The notes under the pieces are model-generated. The model made no database searches, was not told the DNA's origin, and saw only the letters and a program-made list of their open reading frames with translations. A stretch of DNA of 35,694 bases, from positions 1 to 35,694 of the forward strand of contig JABDJW010000149.1 of the NCBI GenBank assembly GCA_013002375.1, read 5' to 3'. The stretch is from Acidimicrobiales bacterium. Its GTDB lineage: Bacteria > Actinomycetota > Acidimicrobiia > Acidimicrobiales > SHLQ01. Of this stretch, positions 29,483 to 35,694 are shown piece after piece. A program made the position numbers and the translations under genes. Positions within the stretch are counted from its first letter, which is position 1. Every line of letters starts with the position of its first letter.

Positions 29483-30376
29483 GTGTCCTCCGCTTCCCGT
29501 GAGCCGATTCGCATGATCCTCGTGCATTGGAATCGGCCGGAAGTGTGCCTCGCGACGCTCCATCGATTCCGGGCGCAGACGGCTGATGTCGCCCTCGCCG
29601 TGGTCGACAATGGGTCGACGGCGAAGAACCTTGCCATCCTCAAGGCCGGTCTGGCCCCCGATGTCGTCCTGCTCGAACAGCCCACGAACACCGGATTCGG
29701 CCCTGGCGCCAATACCGGGCTGCGCTACTGGCTCGAGCACGACTCGTGGGAATGGGCCGGCGTCGCCCCGCATGATGCCGACGCCGCGAACGATGCACTG
29801 GAGGTGATCGTCGACGGCCTGGCCACCCAGCCCGATGTCGGTCTGGTGAGCGCCGACGTCGGCGACGGGTTCACGCCGGTCGTGCAGCCGTTTCTGGGGG
29901 CGATTGACGCACCACAAACCAAATCGGAGGGGTTCGAGAGCGGCGACTACGCCCACGGCACCCTTCATCTTTTCCGCCGACCGTGCGTCGAGGAGATCGG
30001 TCTGTTCGACGAGCGCTACTTCGCGTACTGCGAAGAGGCCGACCTCGGGTTGCGGGCGAAAGCTCGTGGCTGGCGGGTGGGCGTGATGCGGGGTGCAGAG
30101 GTCCGCAATCCAATGGTGAAGACGCCGCACCCGGTGGTCGACTATCTGCAGGAGCGAAACACCCTGTTGTTGCTGGCCGACCACTACGGGCCACGTCAGG
30201 TGCTGTTCCGGACCGGTGTCTCGCTGTGGCAGCTGATCAGCGGGCCGTTCAATCCAAAGGGTCGAAATCACTTCTGGACGGCCAAATCGAGGATTCTCGC
30301 GCTGCGCGACGCCGCCCTCCGGCGCTGGGGCAGGCCGCCGCCGTCGATTCTCCCCAACGACCCAGGCCCGGGCTAG
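29483..30376 (+). CDS. Family 2 glycosyltransferase
   Basis: It shows ILVHWNRPE.....L......T......VVDNGS...........P.V.LLEQPTNTGFGPGANTGL and an acidic motif YFAYCEEADLGLRA. The start is uncertain: GTG 29483 (chosen), TTG 29429 or ATG 29513. Confidence 0.8.
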   Translation: MSSASREPIRMILVHWNRPEVCLATLHRFRAQTADVALAVVDNGSTAKNLAILKAGLAPDVVLLEQPTNTGFGPGANTGLRYWLEHDSWEWAGVAPHDADAANDALEVIVDGLATQPDVGLVSADVGDGFTPVVQPFLGAIDAPQTKSEGFESGDYAHGTLHLFRRPCVEEIGLFDERYFAYCEEADLGLRAKARGWRVGVMRGAEVRNPMVKTPHPVVDYLQERNTLLLLADHYGPRQVLFRTGVSLWQLISGPFNPKGRNHFWTAKSRILALRDAALRRWGRPPPSILPNDPGPG

Positions 30377-30424
30377 CGCAGCGCGCCGCGAACGATCCAT
30401 CCGAAGCGGTGGGGGAGCGCTGCG
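30377..30424 (+). other. Intergenic stem-loop (outer 8-bp perfect stem CGCAGCGC/GCGCTGCG and inner GCCGC/GCGGT) between the GT2 gene and arfB
   Basis: Read directly. It begins immediately after the GT2 TAG and ends 13 nt before the arfB GTG. There is no U-tract. Confidence 0.3.
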
Positions 30425-30437
30425 GTACCGTGCCGGG

Positions 30438-30848
30438 GTGGATGACGAGTTGGTGGCGCCGGGGTGCCGCATCCCCCTCAGCGAGATCGACTGGACGTTC
30501 ACGACCAGCGGCGGTCCCGGCGGACAGCATGCCAACAAGGCCCACACCAGGGTGGAGGCGGCGATCGATCTGCGAACGGCGCGCGGCATCAACGCAGCGA
30601 CGAGGGCACGCTTGATCACCAAACTCGGCCCGCTGCTGCGCGTCGTGGTCGACGACACTCGGAGCCAGGCCCGCAACCGTTCGATCGCGCTGGAACGGCT
30701 GGCCGATCGAATCGAGGTCGCCCAACGGCAGGACAAGTTGCGACGCAAGACCAAGCCGAGTCGCGGCGCGCAAAAGCGCCGGCTCGAGGCCAAGAAGCGC
30801 CGGAGCGACACCAAGCGCCAACGCCAGCGCCCCCGCCACGACGACTGA
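30438..30848 (+). CDS. arfB: Alternative ribosome-rescue factor ArfB (peptidyl-tRNA hydrolase, class I RF-like GGQ domain)
   Basis: The motif SGGPGGQHANK.HT.V sits in a ~136-aa protein with a highly basic C-terminal tail (RRKTKPSRGAQKRRLEAKKRRSDTKRQRQR). It has a GTG start. Confidence 0.88.
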   Translation: MDDELVAPGCRIPLSEIDWTFTTSGGPGGQHANKAHTRVEAAIDLRTARGINAATRARLITKLGPLLRVVVDDTRSQARNRSIALERLADRIEVAQRQDKLRRKTKPSRGAQKRRLEAKKRRSDTKRQRQRPRHDD

Positions 30849-30922
30849 CAACACCGTGTCGGGCTGAAGTTTGTCGTCCTGTCCGGAAACAACCGGTGAT
30901 GTTCCGGTAACTTGCTAGTCAA

Positions 30923-33013
30923 ATGAGCTCCGCCTATGCCTCGGCATCTCCAGACCAGACCGGCGCCGCAGCGACTCCTCAGAATGCCGGCGGTTCCGGC
31001 TTCCCGCACTTCCCGGCGCTCGACGGCATTCGGGGCCTTGCCGTTGCGATGGTGCTCGTCTTCCACGGCGGATTCGACTTCATGTCGGGCGGCTTCCTCG
31101 GGGTGTCAACCTTCTTCACCCTGAGCGGGTTCCTGATCACCTCGCTCCTGCTGGCCGAGAACGACCGCACCGGCGACATCGCGCTCGGTGCGTTCTGGGT
31201 TCGCCGCTTCAAACGCCTCTTGCCCGCGGCGGTGGCCTGCATCGGGCTGATCGCGGTGTTCTGGAAGTGGCTGTCGTTGCAGACCCAGGCCAACTTCGCC
31301 ACCTTCGATGTCATCGGTCGCATCCCGGGCGATCTGTGGGCGTCGTTGTTCTACGTCTACAACTGGCGCGCCGCCTTCCCGCCGGAGGGAGCGGGCTACA
31401 ACGCCCTGTTCGAGGAAGTGGTGGAACCGTCGCCGGCCGCCCACTTCTGGTCGCTCTCCATCGAGGAACAGTTCTACGTCTTCTTCCCCCTGTTGGCCGC
31501 GATCGTGCTGGCCTTCATGGGGCGATCCAAGCGCGTCTTCGGCGGCGTGCTGCTGGTCTTGTTGGCCGCATCGGTGGGCTCGGTCTTCATGCTCGATGGG
31601 TTCGACCGCATCTACAACGGAACCGATGTTCGAGCGGCCGAGATTCTCGTCGGCGCGTTGCTCGCGGTCGCCTTCAGCACCGCCCGGGGACGAAGCCTCA
31701 TCACCACCCGGCCCGAGGTGCGCTGGGTCGGTTTCGTCGCACTCGCCGCGATCGTCGTTCTGAATGTCGACACGACGCTCCAGTCGGCCTGGCTGCTCGA
31801 GGGCGGCTTGTTCGGCTACGGCTTGCTCTCCGTGCTGGTCATCATGGCGGCCACGCAGGCCACTGGACCGGTGACCACGCTGTTGTCCTGGTATCCGTTG
31901 CGGTACCTGGGCGCGATCTCGTACGGCGTCTATCTGTACCACTGGCCGATCTTTCGATGGATCGATCACAACACCACCGATCTCGGCGATTGGCCCCTGT
32001 TCGCGGTGCGGCTCGTGGCCACCTTTGCGCTCGCCTGGCTGTCGTTTCACTATCTCGAGCAGCCGATACGCCGGGGCACGTCACCGGGGGCCGGCGTGAG
32101 GACACCGGTGATCACCGTCGGCGTGGCCGGAGCATTCGTGGCGGTGATGGCGTTGGTGTACACCGGTCAGAGCGACGAGCCATCGTTCGACTTCGAGAAC
32201 GAAGTCGTTGCGCCGGCGACCTCGGCGCCGTCGACGATCGCACCGACGACGACCATTCCCCAGTCCGTTCCGGCCGGCCCGACTTCGACCACGGTGCCAA
32301 CGACCACGACCGAAGCCCCGTTGGTCCTGGCCGAGGGCCCACCCAAGCTGCATGTGGTCGGGGACTCCATCGCCGGCAACATGTTCTTCGGCCTGAACCA
32401 GTGGGCCGAGTTCTTCGGCGCCCCCGAGGTCACCGGCCTCACCCAGGGTGGTTGCGGCGTCATGTCGAGAGGCGAGCGGTTGTGGCCTCAGGGCGAGATC
32501 CCGACCTGTCAGCAGGACTACGACCTGCTGTTCCGCACGATCGACGAGACCGAGCCCGACGTCGTGATTCTGGTCGGCGGCCCCGTCGACCTCTTGGCCT
32601 GGCGCGACCTGGGCGACCGCTCCTTCCTGGCCAATTCCGACAACGAATGGGCCGAGGTTCTGGAGGAGGAGTACCGCCAGATCACCGACGCGGTCCTGGC
32701 CCGCGACGTGAGCGTGGTCTGGACGAAGGTGCCGTGCGTCGAGCCGGGCAAGGCCGATGAGATGCGCATCGAGCCCACCGGTGTCCAGGTGATGAACTCG
32801 GTGATCGATCGCATCGTCGCCGATTCAGGGCCCCGCGCGGTGGCGTTCGATCTCTATGGCGAGGTCTGTCCCGCCGATGAGTTCGTCCTGGCGGTGGGCG
32901 AGGACCCGGAGGCCCGAGCCGACGGCCTGCACTTCAGTGACTACGCCTCGAACCTCTTGGCCCAGCGACTGGCCGAGGTCGCCTCGACGGTCGGCCCCGT
33001 GATCAGCGGTTGA
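30923..33013 (+). CDS. Acyltransferase-3 (OafA/OatA-like) membrane O-acyltransferase fused to a C-terminal SGNH hydrolase-like domain
   Basis: The N-terminus LDGIRGLAVAMVLVFHGG...FFTLSGFLIT...FW.RR..RLLP, followed by about 10 hydrophobic helices, is the AT3 family hallmark. A Thr/Pro-rich linker comes next. The extracytoplasmic domain has LHVVGDSIAGN...ILVGGP.D... and ADGLHFS (SGNH blocks I and V). Confidence 0.85.
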   Translation: MSSAYASASPDQTGAAATPQNAGGSGFPHFPALDGIRGLAVAMVLVFHGGFDFMSGGFLGVSTFFTLSGFLITSLLLAENDRTGDIALGAFWVRRFKRLLPAAVACIGLIAVFWKWLSLQTQANFATFDVIGRIPGDLWASLFYVYNWRAAFPPEGAGYNALFEEVVEPSPAAHFWSLSIEEQFYVFFPLLAAIVLAFMGRSKRVFGGVLLVLLAASVGSVFMLDGFDRIYNGTDVRAAEILVGALLAVAFSTARGRSLITTRPEVRWVGFVALAAIVVLNVDTTLQSAWLLEGGLFGYGLLSVLVIMAATQATGPVTTLLSWYPLRYLGAISYGVYLYHWPIFRWIDHNTTDLGDWPLFAVRLVATFALAWLSFHYLEQPIRRGTSPGAGVRTPVITVGVAGAFVAVMALVYTGQSDEPSFDFENEVVAPATSAPSTIAPTTTIPQSVPAGPTSTTVPTTTTEAPLVLAEGPPKLHVVGDSIAGNMFFGLNQWAEFFGAPEVTGLTQGGCGVMSRGERLWPQGEIPTCQQDYDLLFRTIDETEPDVVILVGGPVDLLAWRDLGDRSFLANSDNEWAEVLEEEYRQITDAVLARDVSVVWTKVPCVEPGKADEMRIEPTGVQVMNSVIDRIVADSGPRAVAFDLYGEVCPADEFVLAVGEDPEARADGLHFSDYASNLLAQRLAEVASTVGPVISG

Positions 33014-33020
33014 TCAGCGG

Positions 33021-33974
33021 CTAGTTCTCGGCCTCGATCGCCCAGTCGCTCGCGGCCTGAGTGATCACCGGAGCGGTGATCGCCGACGCGTAACGAAAGG
33101 CCCCCGACGAGTAGGCCGGGCAGGTGCCGGGCAGGATGTCGGCTCCTTCGGGATAGCCGCTGGTGCAGAAGTGCACGCCGTCGGTTTCCCGAACGAAGTT
33201 GAACCCCTGGCCTGCGGTATCGGTTCCCCCGGTGCATGGCTCGAGCGGTAGACAGGGAAGGGTTTCGGCGTAGCTGCCATCGGTGTTCAGCACGGCTGCG
33301 GCTGCGTCGACGGCGAGGGCGTTGGCGAAGTCGGCGGCGATCGCCGCAGCGGCGTCGTTGATCGGCGTGAGGTGGTCGTCGGCGCCCTCGTCGATCGCTC
33401 GGGTGATCGGCACGGTGGGAATCCAGACGTGCACACCGGCCTCGGAGAGCGTGCTGACTGCGGTGCGAAGGTCGGACCGGAACTTCTCGAACGCCGCGTC
33501 TCCGGTCAGCGGGGCGCCGGTCGTATCGGCCATACACGGAGTGAAGGTGTTGTTCGAGAACATGATGATCGCCCCCCACAGTGGGGCGCCTTCCGCCGCG
33601 GGGTCGGCGTCGGCTTCGATGTCGTCGAGATAGTCGCACAGCGCCGCACCGGCGAAGATCCGAATCGAGGTGTCGAGTCGGCCGCCAGCGTCGAGATTCT
33701 CGACCAGTTGCTCCTGGATGGAGTGAGCCATGCTGTCGCCATAGATCGCGACCCGGTAGCGCGAGGGGGTGGTGGGAACACCCGGCCGTTCATCGCTGGA
33801 CGGGTTGAACGGCGTCGGCGTCACGCGGGGGGCAGGCGATTCGGTCGGGACGACCGATGTCGTGGTGGTCGATGACGAATCGCTCGCGCACCCGCCGAGC
33901 AGGAGGGCCATCCCGATGAACAGGGCCGTGAGCAGCATGACCACAGGAGCGGCCGGATTCGGGTGATCGGACAT
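33021..33974 (-). CDS. SGNH/GDSL-like hydrolase lipoprotein
   Basis: The lipobox is LLLGGC at the N-terminus, followed by a Ser/Thr/Pro linker. Block I is VAIYGDSMA and block V is TDGVHFC. The ATG shares one base with the upstream gene's stop (TGATG on the minus strand). Confidence 0.75.
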   Translation of the reverse strand: MSDHPNPAAPVVMLLTALFIGMALLLGGCASDSSSTTTTSVVPTESPAPRVTPTPFNPSSDERPGVPTTPSRYRVAIYGDSMAHSIQEQLVENLDAGGRLDTSIRIFAGAALCDYLDDIEADADPAAEGAPLWGAIIMFSNNTFTPCMADTTGAPLTGDAAFEKFRSDLRTAVSTLSEAGVHVWIPTVPITRAIDEGADDHLTPINDAAAAIAADFANALAVDAAAAVLNTDGSYAETLPCLPLEPCTGGTDTAGQGFNFVRETDGVHFCTSGYPEGADILPGTCPAYSSGAFRYASAITAPVITQAASDWAIEAEN

Positions 33975-35694
33975 CAGAGAGTGGTATCCACGTGGTTGGC
34001 GCCTACTCGGTCGGCTTCAACATGACCGGGGCGAGGCGCAGGACGGTCGTTCGCGTCCGGCCGCACCAGGGCGCGGACGGCTTCGGCTGCCAGCAACAGT
34101 ATGCACAGGACCCCGATGACATGGACCGACTCGAAGAACTGCGGCCAGCCGAAGTCGGGCGGGTACCGATTGCGGTACTGCTCGATCGTGGTGAACGCGC
34201 CGGCCACGATCAAGCAGGCCGTGGCCAAGCCCGGTAGGACGCGGGGAAGGCGTCCGCTCAGCGCGCTGGCGGCGACGACGACGAGGGCCAGCCAATGCCA
34301 GCGCGGCAGGTTCAGTACCGCGAAGCCGCCGGCGGCAGCGATGGCGATGATCCACCCCGACGAGACCGGGAGGTTCGCGGGCGCCCCTCCTTCGATGAAC
34401 CGGGCCGAGACGGCGGCGGACGTGGGCGTGGCGCGACGGCCGAGTGCGATCAGCGCCACACACCCGATCGCAGCCAGAAGCGAGAACCACAGGGCAAGGT
34501 TGACCACGCGCTGCGGCGTCCATCGGAGCTCGACCGAGAATGCCGAGCCGATGTCGGTCGGGTCGACATACCAACCGTTGGCGAAGCCGTCGATGAGCAT
34601 CGGCTCACCCAGATCGCCGAGCCCGTCGATCGTGGCTTGCCAACCGGGGTTGTGGCTCTGCCCGAGCACGAGCCAGAAGGGCTCGGTGGCGTTGGTGACG
34701 GCCAGATCGATCGCGGTGCGGGCGTCGGCCGCAACCTCGAAGATCGGGAGTTCGGACGCGGCCGGAGCGACGGGGGCTCCGTCGGCGAACGGAGGCTCAC
34801 CCCCGATCGGAGAGAGCAGCGCCAGGCGATCGAGGTCGAACCCGGAGTCGCGACCCCGCGCCGCCTCGACACGGGTCGTGCCGGCCGGCAAGGAGACCGT
34901 CGTGGGTTCGGTGCAGGCGCTGATCCGCAAGGGTTGGCGTTCGAGGGCCGCCGTCATCGAGCCGACCATCCGGAAGGCGACCGCCTGACTATTCACGGCG
35001 AGAAGATCGTCTCGGCAGCCGGAATCGAAGCTGGCGGGCAGCGCGACCGGAGCTGCGAACTCTCGGATCTCGGCAATGCCGACCGGCATGGCGATGCCGT
35101 TGCCCGAGTACCAGTCCTTGGTGATGATCGGCCGAATGCGGTCGATGTCGAACCGGAAGACCGATCCCGAGACCGTCTGGGGCAGGGCCACCGTGATGGT
35201 CTCGGTCCGATTCGGTTCCGGTCCGTCGGCAATTACCGGGATCTCAATCGGCATCGGCGGGCCGTCATCGACGGTGAGGGTCAGCAGTTCCGGCACCGAG
35301 TGCCGGCCGTCGGCCACGATGCTGAAGGTGAGGGTGTCGATCGTGGTGGGTTGGGGCGTCTGGAGTTCGAGCCACTGTTCGGTCACCAGGTCGAACGGGG
35401 TCTGCCACGCGGTGGTCGGGTCGGCGTCGACGGCGGCTCGGGCACGCGACGGTAGATCGCCGGCCAGCCGTTCCGAGGAGCGGGCCACGGTGCTGCTCGG
35501 GTCGATGCCGACCAGTTCGTCGATCAACGCGTCGTCGACATAGGCCGAAAGACGGGCTTCGCCCAGAAGAAGGAACTCCCGAGCCGATGGCAGCTCGAAT
35601 TCGCGATCGAGTGCTTCCTCGGGGTCGAAACGAACGGGCTCTTGAGGATCGGATCGGGTGCGGCTCAGGCTGATGGTCAGCGGGTGGTCAAGAT
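33974..35694 (-). CDS. C-terminal ~570 codons of a large envelope protein, AftD/DUF3367-like (putative arabinofuranosyl- or glycosyltransferase). The gene continues past the right edge.
   Basis: I checked the frame upstream of the track's TTG at 35527 and it stays open to position 35694 (...EFELPSAREFLLLGEARLSAYVDDALIDELVG...). It has beta-rich soluble domains, including a discoidin-like segment (DPTTAWQTPF), followed by about 5 C-terminal TM helices. That layout resembles the C-terminal third of AftD-family proteins. The family assignment is from memory only. Confidence 0.6.
   Translation of the reverse strand, partial: LDHPLTISLSRTRSDPQEPVRFDPEEALDREFELPSAREFLLLGEARLSAYVDDALIDELVGIDPSSTVARSSERLAGDLPSRARAAVDADPTTAWQTPFDLVTEQWLELQTPQPTTIDTLTFSIVADGRHSVPELLTLTVDDGPPMPIEIPVIADGPEPNRTETITVALPQTVSGSVFRFDIDRIRPIITKDWYSGNGIAMPVGIAEIREFAAPVALPASFDSGCRDDLLAVNSQAVAFRMVGSMTAALERQPLRISACTEPTTVSLPAGTTRVEAARGRDSGFDLDRLALLSPIGGEPPFADGAPVAPAASELPIFEVAADARTAIDLAVTNATEPFWLVLGQSHNPGWQATIDGLGDLGEPMLIDGFANGWYVDPTDIGSAFSVELRWTPQRVVNLALWFSLLAAIGCVALIALGRRATPTSAAVSARFIEGGAPANLPVSSGWIIAIAAAGGFAVLNLPRWHWLALVVVAASALSGRLPRVLPGLATACLIVAGAFTTIEQYRNRYPPDFGWPQFFESVHVIGVLCILLLAAEAVRALVRPDANDRPAPRPGHVEADRVGANHVDTTL

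Noticed and set aside
29306-31066. A 586-aa minus-strand ORF spanning the GT2 gene, arfB and the start of the acyltransferase gene
   Set aside because: It is antisense to three genes with clear motifs (the GT2 DNGS/EEAD motifs, the ArfB GGQ motif and the AT3 N-terminus). Its composition is Arg/Pro/Trp-rich junk.
34295-35455. A 386-aa plus-strand ORF, and 34101..34988 on the plus strand, opposite the AftD-like gene
   Set aside because: The minus-strand frame shows a coherent soluble-domain-plus-TM architecture and stays open to the window edge. The plus-strand translations are Arg/Gly/Asp-rich with no structure.

Overview
The window is a gene-dense, very G+C-rich chromosomal segment. Real reading frames have G/C at almost every third codon position. 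The gene content looks like Actinomycetota: a DivIVA-domain protein, a Streptomyces-type conservon and an AftD/DUF3367-like envelope protein. A deep-branching class such as Acidimicrobiia is possible, but that is inference only. I support 28 protein-coding genes, two of which run off the window edges. I found no rRNA, tRNA, CRISPR array, transposase, integrase or phage gene.

Gene order, left to right:
- truncated membrane protein (-)
- coiled-coil M23 peptidase and a DivIVA-domain protein (+)
- 3-hydroxyanthranilate dioxygenase (-)
- pseudouridine-5'-phosphate glycosidase (+)
- degenerate GGDEF-like protein followed by an ABC1/UbiB-type kinase (-)
- alpha/beta hydrolase, then a multicopper oxidase fused to FN3 and Calx-beta domains (+)
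- membrane pyrophosphatase, a small unknown protein and an MDR oxidoreductase (-)
- 5-formyl-THF cyclo-ligase and trkA-trkH-trkH (+)
- M18 aminopeptidase (-)
- gltB-gltD (+)
- a four-gene translationally coupled conservon-like module: histidine-kinase-like membrane protein, Roadblock/LC7, DUF742 and a small GTPase (+)
- GT2 glycosyltransferase, ArfB and an acyltransferase-3/SGNH fusion (+)
- an SGNH lipoprotein coupled to the C-terminal part of an AftD-like giant envelope protein (-)

The most system-like and least understood element is the conservon-like GTPase signalling cassette at 26321-29388. Its kinase-like subunit has no sensor domain, its GTPase has a non-canonical G4 motif (NQFN instead of NKxD), and it sits next to envelope-glycan modification genes. 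Other points worth a second look:
- the MCO-FN3-Calx-beta fusion
- the tandem trkH paralogues near a K+-dependent-type pyrophosphatase
- a stand-alone degenerate GGDEF protein upstream of an ABC1 kinase
- a possible structured leader upstream of the M23 peptidase

Most long ORFs in the six-frame track are antisense or off-frame artefacts of the high G+C content. All function calls come from motif recognition by eye. No database search was run.
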